NCBI GenBank assembly: GCA_963921275.4 | Contig: OZ001293.3 | Location: forward strand, 3,808,001 to 3,872,000 | Source of the DNA: an uncultured Hormoscilla sp. | GTDB lineage: Bacteria; Cyanobacteriota; Cyanobacteriia; Cyanobacteriales; Desertifilaceae | DNA: 64,000 nt | Direction: 5' to 3' | Shown: positions 45,954-56,665 of the stretch, piece by piece | Numbering within the stretch: the first letter of the stretch is position 1 | Layout: each line of letters starts with the position of its first letter | Notes under the pieces: generated by a model | Told to the model about the DNA's origin: nothing | Seen by the model: only the letters and a program-made list of their open reading frames with translations | Databases searched by the model: none | Made by a program: the position numbers and the translations under genes

Positions 45954-46090
45954 CAGGCTAGATAACAGGTATCGGAGTTGTAATCAGCAAAGCCTGGGAA
46001 ATTGGTCAGAACAGCAGGCAAAAAGTTAGTTGTGGTAAGAGGATCCCGATCCTGTATGAATGGGAAAGGTGATACGGAGAAACTATAAGA

Positions 46091-46310
46091 ATGCTTCAAG
46101 ACTTGGATAAAACATTAGAAGAACTGCTTAAAAACGAATTACCACCTCCGGTGATATCCCCCCCGGATGGGAAGTCAGTCACGATTAGTTTTTCAACTCC
46201 TGACAAAGATTTTGCTACCAGAGTTGAGCTGCCAGCAATAGACCTGTTCCTCTATAACGTGCGGGAAAACATGGAATTGCGGACTGCCCCCTGGTCAGTG
46301 GAACGGTCCA
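46091..46310 (+). pseudogene. DUF4255 (Afp16/Pvc16-like contractile injection system cap protein) N-terminal fragment
   Basis: MLQDLDKTLEELL...ISFSTPD...PAIDLFLYNVRENMELR; fused to duplicated PKS sequence. Confidence 0.75.
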
Positions 46311-46511
46311 AGGCAGAACCTGATATCGGGTGTAGAATCGATTTCTAGGTTTTCAGATGAGGAGTTGTTAGCTGAAGGTGTCAAGCCGGAATTGTTGAGT
46401 AACGATGATTACGTTAGAGCCGGGGGAGTGCTGTCAGACATTGATCTGTTTGATGCCAGTTTCTTGTGAGTCCTAGCGAAGCGAAGCTAATGGATCCCCA
46501 GCGATGTTCTT
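46311..46511 (+). repeat. degenerate duplicate of PKS 5' coding sequence (about 46773-46981)
   Basis: GGCAGAACCTGATATCGGG...GATGTTCTT with small deletions. Confidence 0.9.
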
Positions 46512-46672
46512 AGACATCGTTCTAGGAAAAAATAGCACAGGTAGCCGGTATTGCCAGCAAGTAAAGTGTATTGCTGGCAAGTCAGTGGTCATGTTCTGGT
46601 ATAACCGGGAAAAATTGAGTAAAAATACGGATGGAGAGAGTGGACAGGTTCGCAAGAGGATGAGAAGAATAG

Positions 46673-49600
46673 ATGATGCAAACAGAGGATGAGCGGAGAA
46701 TGAATAATCAGGAAATAGCGGCGATCGCCATGTCATGTCGTTTGCCAGGGGCAAAAAATGTAGAAGAATATTGGCAGAACCTGATATCGGGTGTAGAATC
46801 GATTTCTAGGTTTTCAGATGAGGAGTTGTTAGCTGAAGGTGTCAAGCCGGAATTGTTGAGTAACGATGATTACGTTAGAGCCGGGGGAGTGCTGTCAGAC
46901 ATTGATCTGTTTGATGCCAGTTTCTTTGGCATGAGTCCTAGCGAAGCGAAGCTAATGGATCCCCAGCAGCGCATGTTCTTAGAATGTGCATGGGAGGCAA
47001 TAGAACAGGCGGGTTATAACCCAGACATATATGATGGTCTAATAGGTGTATATGCAGGGATAGGAATAAATACATATTTAATTAACAATATTTACCAAAA
47101 TCAGGAGATAATGAAGTTGGTGAATCTGCATCAATTGGTGACAGCCAATGATAAGGATTATTTGCCGACCAGAGTATCATACAAGCTGAACCTGAAGGGG
47201 CCAAGTATAAACGTGAATACGGCATGTTCAACTTCATTGGTAGCGGTTCACTTGGCTTGTCAAAGTTTGTTGAATGGTGAATGTGACATGGCTTTGGTAG
47301 GTGGAGTGTCAGCGAGAATTCCTCACAAAGTAGGTCACCTGTACGAAGAAGGAATGATATTATCACCAGATGGACATTGTCGAGCTTTTGATGCGGGTGC
47401 AAAAGGGACAGTAGGGGGAAATGGAGTAGGAATAGTGGTCCTGAAACGATTGTCAGATGCGATCGCGGAAGGAGACGCAATCCATGGGATAATCAAAGGT
47501 TCAGCTATTAATAATGATGGTTCGTTGAAAATCGGATATACTGCTCCTAGCATAGATGGTCAAGCGGCGGTGATTGCTGAAGCCCAAGCAGTAGCGGGGG
47601 TAGAACCAGAAACGATTAGTTATATAGAAGCACATGGGACGGGAACGGAATTGGGAGACCCCATTGAAATCGCAGCACTGAAGCAGGCTTTTGCAAAGAA
47701 GAAGGATAAGAAAAACTTCTGCGCGATCGGGTCAGTAAAAACAAATATCGGTCATACTGATGCGGCATCTGGGGTGGCTAGCTTAATTAAAACGGTGCTA
47801 GCGCTGAAGCACGAAGTTATCCCTCCGAGCTTGCATTTTAACAAGCCAAATCCTAAGATTGATTTTGCAAACAGTCCTTTTTATGTAAATGCCGAACTAT
47901 CGGAATGGAAAAGCAATGGGGTGCCCCGTCGTGCAGGAGTTAGCTCTTTTGGAATTGGCGGGACTAATGCTCACATAATATTAGAAGAAGCCCCGCCGGT
48001 AGAAGCATCAGGAGCATCCCGACAAGCGCAAATTATGGTAATGTCAGCGAAGACAAGCACGGCCCTAGATCGGATGAGCGAAAATCTCGCTGTCTATTTA
48101 GAGCAAAACCCAGAAGTTAAGATCGCCGACGTGGCATATACTCTGGGGGTGAGTCGCAAGGAATTTAACTACAGACGGATGCTGGTTTGTCGGCAGGGCG
48201 AGGAGGCGGCGCGGACCCTAAGAGCATTAGATGGACAGCAAGTTTTCACCAATAGGATCGAAGATCGAGAGCGACCGGTTGTATTTATGTTTTCCGGACA
48301 AGGGGCTCAGTATGTAAATATGGGCCTGGGGATATATAAAAGTGAATCGGTTTTTGCAGAGCAAGTAGACCGCTGTGCGGAATTACTTTGGCCAGAATTA
48401 GGACTGGATCTGCGCCAGCTCCTTTATCCGACTGCTGAAAAGGCGGAGGCGGCTGTTTCACAACTGCAAGAAACGAAAATAGCACAAATAGCGATATTTG
48501 TTATCGAGTATGCCTTGGTACAGCTATGGCGCGAGTGGGGAATAGAACCAGAAGCGGCGATCGGCCATAGTATAGGGGAATATGTGGCAGCATGTATAGC
48601 AGGAGTTTTCTCCTTAGAAGATGCCTTGTCTTTGCTGGTGGCGCGAGGCCAGTTGATGCAGTCAATGGCCAAGGGGGCGATGCTTTCCATTCCGCTGCCA
48701 AAAGCAGAAGTGCAAGGGAGATTGGGAACTGAACTATCATTAGCAACAATTAACAGTCCATCTCGTTGCGTAGTTTCGGGTCCAGATGCAGCAGTGGCGG
48801 CTTTGGAAAAACAACTAGCATCGGAAAATATTCAAAGTCGTCGCCTGCACACTTCCCATGCTTTCCATTCCCAAATGATGGACCCGATGTTAGCAGAATT
48901 TGCAGGGCGGGTAAAGCAAGTTACTCTCCATCCTCCGGAAATTCCCTACATATCTAACCTGACTGGCACCTGGATAAGGGTAACCCAGGCGACAGATCCC
49001 AACTATTGGGTACAGCATTTGCGTCAAACGGTGCTGTTTGCACCGGGTTTGGAAAATTTATTGTCGGACCCCGATCGAGTCTTGCTGGAAGTAGGTCCGG
49101 GACGAACCTTGAGTACCTTGGCGAAAAGACATCCCGATAAGTCTGCCTCCCAGTTGGTCCTCACCTCCCTGCGCCATCCTCAAGAAGAATTGGCAGATCT
49201 GGATTTTCTGCTCGCCACTTTGGGCAATTTATGGTTAGCTGGAGTTAAGGTGGACTGGTTGGGATTCTACAGCCAGCAGCGACGCCATCGCTTGCCCTTG
49301 CCTACCTATCCCTTCGAACGCCAGCGTTACTGGATTTCACCTCAAAAGCAGCTTGAAAAAGTTGTTGACAGTAAGACAGAGGCAGGAAAAAAGCAAGATA
49401 TTGCCGATTGGTTTTACATGCCGACTTGGAACCGGTCCCTACTGGGGGCTGGCAGGAAATTGCCCGATCGCACTCTCCTGTTTATTGATGAGTATGGTAT
49501 AGGTTCTGAACTGGCAAGTAAGCTGCGATCGCAAGGTAAAGAGGCGATCAGGGTGAAGATGGGGGAATCCTTTGCGGAACTGGGCGAGGACCTGTATAGT

Positions 49601-51610
49601 ATCAATCCCAGGGAACCCAAGGACTACGAGACATTGTTCGCGGAACTACCGGAAATTCCCCAGACAATCGGACATATATGGAGTATGGTAGCCGACTACC
49701 AGCCATGCGGCTGGAAAGGAATTGAAGGGGCCCTAGATCGAGGCTTTTACAGTCTGCTGTTCCTGGTGCAAGCATTGGAGAAACAGAACTTAAATGGCGA
49801 GTTTCAACTGGCAGTCATCTCTAATGGGTTGCAAAATGTGACCGGACAGGAACGGTTGCTTCCGGAACAGGCCACGCTCATAGGACCGGTTAAAACTATC
49901 CCCCAGGAATGCCCTACCATTAACTGTAGGAGTATTGATATCGAAATTCCGACAACCAGCAACGGTCATTCAAGGGAAATGATAGAGCAATTGATGGCGG
50001 AGTTGGGCGCGAACTCCTCAGATGAGGCGATCGCCTATCGCGGACAGCATCGTTGGGTGCAAAGCTATGCACCCATACCCCTGTTAGATCCAGCAAATGA
50101 GGGGATCCAGCGATTAATGCCAGGTGGGGTATATATAATAACGGGGGGACTGGGAGGTATAGGACTGGTATTAGCAGAATATCTGGCTCAAACAGTCCAG
50201 GCCAAGCTGGTTCTAATTGGGCGATCGGCTTTTCCAGCGCGAAATCGCTGGTCGGAGTGGTTGGCCAGTCACGATAGGGGCGATCGCATCAGCAGCAAAA
50301 TTCATAAATTGCAAGCACTGGAAAAACTGGGAGCCCAGGTGTTATCATTATCGGCAGATGTTGCTGATTTCCAGCAGATGCAAAAGGCGATCGAGGGTGC
50401 AGAGCAGCATTTTGGTAAAGTTAACGGGGTCATCCACGCAGCTGGTCGGCCTGGTGGGGGCTTAATTCAGCAGAAAACCAGAGAAATTGCTGAAAAAGTT
50501 ATGGCTCCCAAGGTCAGGGGGACTCTCATTCTGGACGCCCTCCTCCAAGACAGACAGCTAGACTTCTTTGTTGTGGCATCTTCTCTAAATGCCGTTATTC
50601 CCGTCTTAGGTCAAGTTGACTATTGTGCTGCCAATGCTTTTCTGGACGCTTTCGCTCAGTATAGGACCGCAAAGGGGGCCTTTACCGTATCGATCGACTG
50701 GGATGCCTGGCAGGAAGTGGGGATGGCAGTGGATGCTGCCGAAAAATCACTTCTCACTGGCCCCAAACAAATTTCCCACCCACTATTCTCACGGGTCATG
50801 GTAGAGTCTGACGCGAGGCAGATATATATATCAAATCTAGGCGTCAGTCAAAACTGGCTGTTGCAGGAACATATAGTCATGGGGCAAGCAACAATGCCTG
50901 GGACTGGATACTTAGAAATAGTCAGGGCAGCTTGGGCAAAGATGACCCAGAAAGAAACAGCAGAACTGCGGGAAGTATTTTTCTTGAGTCCTTTAACTGT
51001 CAAAGCAGATGAAAACAAGGAAGTGAAGACGATTTTCACGAAAGCGGGAGATGGCTGGGAATTTGAGGTGGTAAGCTCGTTGAAGGGGCAATCAGAGCGA
51101 TGGCAGAAGCATTGTGAGGGAGAAATTTTTAGCCTAGATGTGGGCGATCGCGAGCAACTGGCTATTGAGGAAATAGAAGCAAAATGTCCAGAAGCAAAAC
51201 CAATTCCCGCCCCAGGGCAGGAACCCCAAGCAGGATTAATAGAATTTGGCCCCAGATGGGACAATGTCAAATGGGTAAAGTTTGGCGAAAATGAGGGATT
51301 GGCATTTCTGGAACTGCCGGAAAAGTTTATGGCTGACATCAAAGACTATAAATTACACCCAGCCTTATTAGATACGGGTACCGGTTTCATGGGATTGAAA
51401 AATATAGATGGCGCCTACCTGCCCTTTGGTTATAAAAAAGTCAAGGTCAAAGGACCGATACCAGCAAAAGCCTACAGCTATATAAGGCAAAACGCGCAAG
51501 ATGGGAAAGCGTCCAGTTTGAAAATGAATGTTACCATCGCAGACGAGATGGGAGAGGTGATGGTGGAGATAGAAGATTATACTCTGAGGCAGATAGAGCC
51601 AAGTAACTGA
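46673..51610 (+). CDS. type I PKS KS-AT(malonyl)-KR-DH, no ACP
   Basis: KS NTACSTS, HGTGT, KTNIGH; AT GHSIG and HAFH; KR GGLGGIG and YCAAN; DH HIVMGQATMP and HPALLD. Start may be 46700. Confidence 0.93.
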   Translation: MMQTEDERRMNNQEIAAIAMSCRLPGAKNVEEYWQNLISGVESISRFSDEELLAEGVKPELLSNDDYVRAGGVLSDIDLFDASFFGMSPSEAKLMDPQQRMFLECAWEAIEQAGYNPDIYDGLIGVYAGIGINTYLINNIYQNQEIMKLVNLHQLVTANDKDYLPTRVSYKLNLKGPSINVNTACSTSLVAVHLACQSLLNGECDMALVGGVSARIPHKVGHLYEEGMILSPDGHCRAFDAGAKGTVGGNGVGIVVLKRLSDAIAEGDAIHGIIKGSAINNDGSLKIGYTAPSIDGQAAVIAEAQAVAGVEPETISYIEAHGTGTELGDPIEIAALKQAFAKKKDKKNFCAIGSVKTNIGHTDAASGVASLIKTVLALKHEVIPPSLHFNKPNPKIDFANSPFYVNAELSEWKSNGVPRRAGVSSFGIGGTNAHIILEEAPPVEASGASRQAQIMVMSAKTSTALDRMSENLAVYLEQNPEVKIADVAYTLGVSRKEFNYRRMLVCRQGEEAARTLRALDGQQVFTNRIEDRERPVVFMFSGQGAQYVNMGLGIYKSESVFAEQVDRCAELLWPELGLDLRQLLYPTAEKAEAAVSQLQETKIAQIAIFVIEYALVQLWREWGIEPEAAIGHSIGEYVAACIAGVFSLEDALSLLVARGQLMQSMAKGAMLSIPLPKAEVQGRLGTELSLATINSPSRCVVSGPDAAVAALEKQLASENIQSRRLHTSHAFHSQMMDPMLAEFAGRVKQVTLHPPEIPYISNLTGTWIRVTQATDPNYWVQHLRQTVLFAPGLENLLSDPDRVLLEVGPGRTLSTLAKRHPDKSASQLVLTSLRHPQEELADLDFLLATLGNLWLAGVKVDWLGFYSQQRRHRLPLPTYPFERQRYWISPQKQLEKVVDSKTEAGKKQDIADWFYMPTWNRSLLGAGRKLPDRTLLFIDEYGIGSELASKLRSQGKEAIRVKMGESFAELGEDLYSINPREPKDYETLFAELPEIPQTIGHIWSMVADYQPCGWKGIEGALDRGFYSLLFLVQALEKQNLNGEFQLAVISNGLQNVTGQERLLPEQATLIGPVKTIPQECPTINCRSIDIEIPTTSNGHSREMIEQLMAELGANSSDEAIAYRGQHRWVQSYAPIPLLDPANEGIQRLMPGGVYIITGGLGGIGLVLAEYLAQTVQAKLVLIGRSAFPARNRWSEWLASHDRGDRISSKIHKLQALEKLGAQVLSLSADVADFQQMQKAIEGAEQHFGKVNGVIHAAGRPGGGLIQQKTREIAEKVMAPKVRGTLILDALLQDRQLDFFVVASSLNAVIPVLGQVDYCAANAFLDAFAQYRTAKGAFTVSIDWDAWQEVGMAVDAAEKSLLTGPKQISHPLFSRVMVESDARQIYISNLGVSQNWLLQEHIVMGQATMPGTGYLEIVRAAWAKMTQKETAELREVFFLSPLTVKADENKEVKTIFTKAGDGWEFEVVSSLKGQSERWQKHCEGEIFSLDVGDREQLAIEEIEAKCPEAKPIPAPGQEPQAGLIEFGPRWDNVKWVKFGENEGLAFLELPEKFMADIKDYKLHPALLDTGTGFMGLKNIDGAYLPFGYKKVKVKGPIPAKAYSYIRQNAQDGKASSLKMNVTIADEMGEVMVEIEDYTLRQIEPSN

Positions 51611-51713
51611 GTTAGGCGGGTTACGTGGAGCGTCTGCCAGTCAGGTGGAAGGTTACGTCGGGCGGGCGGATCGCCTGCCAGTCAGGTGGCGACAAGCAAG
51701 TTAAGGTGCAAAT

Positions 51714-53309
51714 ATGATAGCGCTCGAAGCAAAAACAGAAAAGAAACAGCTGTCAGAGGAAAGCGAAAACAGTTGTCTAGAAATTTCGGTCATTGGGTTA
51801 CTAGAAACTCTCAAATTTCAGTCAGTTCCCCGGGAGGAACCAGGGAGCGGGGAAGTAGAAATAGAGGTGCTAGCAGCGGGTCTGAATTTCAAAGATGTAC
51901 TCAGAGCATTGGGAATGATGCCAGTAGAACCGGGGGTACCGGTAAGATTTGGCTTGGAATGCGCTGGCAAGATAGTTAGGCTAGGAGATGGAGTTGCAGG
52001 ATTTGAGATTGGAGATGAAGTAATAGCCTTTGGTTCCAACTGTTTTAGTAGGTATATAACAAGTTCAACTTCATTGCTCGTTCCCAAACCCAAGTCCCTC
52101 AGCCTAGAAGCAGCGGCAACAATACCAGTAGCATTTATGACTGCTTACTATGGCTTGATTGAATTGGCAAGACTGAGAGCAGGAGAGCGAGTTCTCATTC
52201 ATGCTGCCACAGGAGGGGTGGGCATGGCAGCGGTACAGGTGGCCAAGTGGGTGGGAGCAGAAATTTTTGCAACCGCAGGCAACCCGGAAAAACGGGCATT
52301 TTTGCGCGGACAGGGAATAGAATATATTATGGATTCCCGGTCCCTGGATTTTGCAGATGAAGTGATGCAATACACCCAGTCAAGAGGTGTAGATGTAATA
52401 TTGAACTCCTTGGCAGGAGAATTTATTGCCAAGAACTTTGAGGTTATGGCTGACTTCGGACGCTTTGTAGAAATAGGGATGCGGGATATATACAGTAATA
52501 GTCAAGTTGGTCTGGAACCATTTCAGAAAGGCTTGTCATTTTTTGCCCTATTAGTAGGGCCAGAACTGCCCAAATTTAGTCAAATTTTTCGAGAACTGGC
52601 AGCAGGATTTGAAGAAGGCAGCTTTAATCCCCTACCGCTGAAGGTTTTCTCGGCAACAGAGATTGATGAGGCTTTTAGCTACATGGCGCGGGCCAAGCAT
52701 ATTGGAAAAATAGTTGTGTGTTTCCCAGGACTAGAGGAACACAAACAAAAAAATGAGTCTTATGTGACCTGGGTCACTTTTCGCAGACAAGAACGCCATC
52801 AAGAAAGAAACCTGTCTGTAGGAATCAGGTCCCAAGAAGGGGTAGAAGCTTTTCGACGAATTTTGAGCAATAGCCTGCCCCAGGTGGTAGTCTCGACAGC
52901 AGATTTGACCGCGCGACTCAAGCAAGCGAAGACGAAGGTGGGAGGCATTTTTCTACAAGAATCACAACCAGCAGCAGCATCAGTCAGCCATTCCCCCCGC
53001 CCCCAACTGCATAACGCTTATCTAGCCCCTAGTACGCCCACGGAGGAAAAGGTGGCGAAAATATGGCAAGATTATTTGGCGATCGACCAAGTAGGGATTC
53101 ACGATAACTTTTTAGATTTAGGTGGTGATTCTTTGCTAGCTACCCAAGTGATTGCGAGATTGCGGGAAGTGTTTGCGGTAAAATTATCTTTGGCGAGTTT
53201 GTTGGAAACCCCAACTGTGGCCCAGATTGCTAGTGATATAGAAGGGATGATTGCTACTGGACGCGGGCAGAAAGCGGAACAGACAGATAGAGAAGAAATA
53301 GAAATATAA
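51714..53309 (+). CDS. PKS ER - KR C-terminal segment - carrier protein
   Basis: ER AGLNFKD, VLIHAATGGVGMAA, AKHIGKIV; GIRSQEGVEAFRRIL..PQVVVST (KR tail); FLDLGGDSL. Confidence 0.9.
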   Translation: MIALEAKTEKKQLSEESENSCLEISVIGLLETLKFQSVPREEPGSGEVEIEVLAAGLNFKDVLRALGMMPVEPGVPVRFGLECAGKIVRLGDGVAGFEIGDEVIAFGSNCFSRYITSSTSLLVPKPKSLSLEAAATIPVAFMTAYYGLIELARLRAGERVLIHAATGGVGMAAVQVAKWVGAEIFATAGNPEKRAFLRGQGIEYIMDSRSLDFADEVMQYTQSRGVDVILNSLAGEFIAKNFEVMADFGRFVEIGMRDIYSNSQVGLEPFQKGLSFFALLVGPELPKFSQIFRELAAGFEEGSFNPLPLKVFSATEIDEAFSYMARAKHIGKIVVCFPGLEEHKQKNESYVTWVTFRRQERHQERNLSVGIRSQEGVEAFRRILSNSLPQVVVSTADLTARLKQAKTKVGGIFLQESQPAAASVSHSPRPQLHNAYLAPSTPTEEKVAKIWQDYLAIDQVGIHDNFLDLGGDSLLATQVIARLREVFAVKLSLASLLETPTVAQIASDIEGMIATGRGQKAEQTDREEIEI

Positions 53310-53311
53310 CA

Positions 53312-54946
53312 ATGAAAAGTAGTTCTGATTTTTTATCGCACTTGGCATCGCAGGACATCCAAGTCTGGGCGGAAGGAGATCGCCTGCGTTGCAATGCGCC
53401 CAAGGGAGTGCTAACATCAGAGTTACGCTCTGAATTAACAGCTCGCAAGCAAGAAATGCTGGCCTATTTGCAGCAAAAAACAGAAGAGCCGAAGATTAGT
53501 AGGGTCTCCCGCAGTCAAGAAATCCCGCTATCCTGGACTCAGCAACGACTTTGGTTTCTAGATCGACTAGAAGGAGGAAGTAGTGCTGCTTATAATTTGT
53601 CAACGGCTTTAGAAATAAAAGGGCCATTAAATGTCAAGGCCCTAGAAAAGACATTGGCGGAAATGATAAGGCGTCACGAAACATTGCGGACCACTTTCCA
53701 GTTGGTAAATGGGACAGCAGTACAGGCGATCGAGACTCAGGTTTCCCTGGCATTACCGATAAGAGACTTACAGGAGTTGTCTGCAGAGGAAAAAAATGTG
53801 GAAGTGCGCAGGTTAGCGATCGCGGAAATTTCGCGGCCTTTCGATCTGGCCAAGGGACCGGTAATCAGAAATATATTGTTACGACTGGGAAAAACATCCC
53901 ACGTGCTGCTTTCTACCATCCATCATATTGTCTTTGATGGCTGGTCAACAGTAATATTCATTAAAGAATTGTCGAGTTTATATCAAGCCTTTGTCAAGGG
54001 CTTGCCTTCACCTTTGCCAGAGTTGCAGATCCAATATGCAGATTTTGCGGTCTGGCAGCGGGAGTGGCTGAAGGAGGATATCTTAAAACCTCAAATAGAG
54101 TACTGGAAAGAAAAACTAGCTTCAGCACCGCAATTATTGGCATTGCCAACCGATCGCCCCCGTCCTCAAATAGATAGCATGGGAGGAGATAGCGAGACAT
54201 TTAAGCTAAATAGTCAGATAATGGCAAAACTCAAAAATCTGACCAAGCAGTCTGGCTCAACTCTGTATATGATTTTGTTGGCAGCTTTCGCCACCTTACT
54301 CTATCGTTACAGCTCTCAAACAGACATCACGATCGGTTCCCCGATCGGAAACCGTTACCCGCAGGAGACGGAACCGCTAATTGGATTATTTATCAATACC
54401 CTGGTATTGCGGACAGAGATGAGTGAAAATCCTAGTTTTCTGGAACTGTTAAAACGGGTGCGCCAAGTAACCTTAGAAGCATACGAAAATCAGCACGTGC
54501 CCTTTGAGAAGTTGGTAGAGGAACTGAAGATCGAAAGAAACTTGAGTCGGAACCCGTTGTTTCAGGTATGGTACACTCTGCAAGATACGACAGTGGAAGG
54601 CTTGGAATTAACTGGTTTAGAAGTGCGGCCACTGGAATTTGAGAATCCCACGGCGATTTTCGATCTCGAATTAATTCTGGAATATATACCATCAGGTCTC
54701 AAAGGCCAGTTGAGATATAAAACAGATTTATTCGATCGGGCGACAATAGCGCAAATGGTTCGACATTTCCAGACATTGCTGGAAAGTATAGTGGCAGCTC
54801 CAGAACAGCAGCTGAATAATTTAAGACTCTTGACAGATGAAGAAACAGGAGGTTATACTATAGAAGACTTCTCAGAGGCGGATTTCAGCCCCCAGGAGTT
54901 CGAGAAGTTGATGATGGAAATTGGCAAGATAGCCGTGTCTTTGTAA
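53312..54946 (+). CDS. stand-alone condensation protein with TubC-type N-terminal docking domain
   Basis: IQVWAEGDRLRCNAPKGVLT; LSWTQQRLWFL; HHIVFDG; COM-like acidic tail. Confidence 0.9.
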   Translation: MKSSSDFLSHLASQDIQVWAEGDRLRCNAPKGVLTSELRSELTARKQEMLAYLQQKTEEPKISRVSRSQEIPLSWTQQRLWFLDRLEGGSSAAYNLSTALEIKGPLNVKALEKTLAEMIRRHETLRTTFQLVNGTAVQAIETQVSLALPIRDLQELSAEEKNVEVRRLAIAEISRPFDLAKGPVIRNILLRLGKTSHVLLSTIHHIVFDGWSTVIFIKELSSLYQAFVKGLPSPLPELQIQYADFAVWQREWLKEDILKPQIEYWKEKLASAPQLLALPTDRPRPQIDSMGGDSETFKLNSQIMAKLKNLTKQSGSTLYMILLAAFATLLYRYSSQTDITIGSPIGNRYPQETEPLIGLFINTLVLRTEMSENPSFLELLKRVRQVTLEAYENQHVPFEKLVEELKIERNLSRNPLFQVWYTLQDTTVEGLELTGLEVRPLEFENPTAIFDLELILEYIPSGLKGQLRYKTDLFDRATIAQMVRHFQTLLESIVAAPEQQLNNLRLLTDEETGGYTIEDFSEADFSPQEFEKLMMEIGKIAVSL

Positions 54947-54980
54947 AAACCCCGGGGGAAAAGCAGGAAGGAAAAGGGAG

Positions 54981-56579
54981 ATGAGTAAGGAGAAAGTATA
55001 TCTGAAACAAAACGTGCAAGCAGAGCCATTATTCAATCAATGGTATGCTTGGCCTTACTTGATAGCGCCAGCGACGGCGGCCATGTATATGGTGAACTCG
55101 TACTTCAAGATTATGGAATCATTCGTGGCAGCGCCGCAATTCCACGTTTCTGCTTTGCAAAATCCGAAAATGAAAGGGGGTCCGTTCATAAACTACGATG
55201 CTAGTAGAGCGCCAGAAATTAAGGCGCTGCTGGAAAAAACACAAGCAGAGCAAGAAGAACTGGTAGAGTTGGCAGCAGGACTGAAAGAATTGCATTTATT
55301 ATTAATGGAGGAAGCCAAAGGATATTCAATCGAGCCTCTGTATAAAAAAGTACCAGAAGTTTTGAAAGGTTATGTGGAACTGAGTTACGATCTGAACAAT
55401 CAACCGTCAGTTCGTTTGATAGAAGGATTATTGTACAGGAGTAAGTATTATAAAAAGTCATCTCAAAGCCTGTCCCTATCTTTGGTGGAACGAGACGATC
55501 GCCCGTTTATATTCAGTAGCCCCAGGCTAGAAGATGAAAAAAGTTTGCGTCTGCATACTCATTTCCATCATCAAGGGTTAGATGAGTTGTTCAAAATGAA
55601 ACAAATTCCTCAACCATTAGGTTTGATTGAGGAAGTCCTAGATATTAAGAACGGAGATCGGGGAAGTTTGTGGAAATCATTTTTTACAGAGGAAGCGCCA
55701 TCACCACTGAAGAAATATACAGAGGAACCGGTAAGGGTGCGTTATTTCGGTCATGCTTGCATTTTAATTGAATCAAAAGACATCAGCATTTTGTGCGATC
55801 CGCTGATTAGCTATAAGTATGATGGCGGAATTACTCGTTACACCTATGCAGATTTACCAGAAGTAATAGATTATATTTTAATTACCCACCAGCACCACGA
55901 TCACTGTATGTTGGAAACTTTGCTACAGCTGCGCCATAAAACGAAAACCGCGATCGTACCTAAAAATAATGGAGGTGAATTGGCAGATCCGTCGATGAAA
56001 TTGCTGTTGCAGAATATGGGTTTTCAGCAAGTAAAAGAGATTGAAGAAATGGAAACAATAGAGGTAGAAGGTGGCGGGATTACAGGTTTGCCTTTTTTGG
56101 GCGAACATGCAGATCTGAAGATTAGAACAAAAACAGCTTATTCGATTAATTTGCAAGATAAGACGATCGTGGTGGGAGCAGATTCAACAAATTGTGAATC
56201 CCAGCTTTATGATAAGATCGGGGAAGCTATGGGAAAAGTTGATATAGTCTTTTTGGGAGTCCAATGTGATGGCGCGCCATTAAGCTGGGCTTATGGAGGT
56301 TTGTTAATTAAACCATTAGCACGAAAAATGGACCATTCGCGGAAATCAAGTGGTTGTGACTACGAAAAGGCGATCGCCTTAATAGAGAGTTTGCATCCGA
56401 ACGAAGTATACGTGTATGCAATGGGGTACGAACCGTGGTTGAGTTATCTGATGTCTTTTGAAAATTACCAAGAGAGTCGCTCCTTTGCAGAGGCAAATAA
56501 ATTAGTATCGGAGTGTCAGAGTCGCGGGATAATATCGGAGAGATTGTTTGGGCAAAAAGAATTATATTTAAACAAATAG
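54981..56579 (+). CDS. CmlA-type MBL-fold diiron beta-hydroxylase
   Basis: VYLKQNVQAEPLFNQWYAW, GGPFI, VELSYDL, RYFGHAC, THQHHDH, PFLGEHADL and YVYAMG motifs; 532 aa. Confidence 0.85.
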   Translation: MSKEKVYLKQNVQAEPLFNQWYAWPYLIAPATAAMYMVNSYFKIMESFVAAPQFHVSALQNPKMKGGPFINYDASRAPEIKALLEKTQAEQEELVELAAGLKELHLLLMEEAKGYSIEPLYKKVPEVLKGYVELSYDLNNQPSVRLIEGLLYRSKYYKKSSQSLSLSLVERDDRPFIFSSPRLEDEKSLRLHTHFHHQGLDELFKMKQIPQPLGLIEEVLDIKNGDRGSLWKSFFTEEAPSPLKKYTEEPVRVRYFGHACILIESKDISILCDPLISYKYDGGITRYTYADLPEVIDYILITHQHHDHCMLETLLQLRHKTKTAIVPKNNGGELADPSMKLLLQNMGFQQVKEIEEMETIEVEGGGITGLPFLGEHADLKIRTKTAYSINLQDKTIVVGADSTNCESQLYDKIGEAMGKVDIVFLGVQCDGAPLSWAYGGLLIKPLARKMDHSRKSSGCDYEKAIALIESLHPNEVYVYAMGYEPWLSYLMSFENYQESRSFAEANKLVSECQSRGIISERLFGQKELYLNK

Positions 56580-56665
56580 GGGAGCAGTTGCGTAGGAGGG
56601 GCGTCTCGCCTGTCCGAGATGTAGGAGGGGCGTCTCGCCTGTCTACCAGTTGTGAGTTGTGAATA

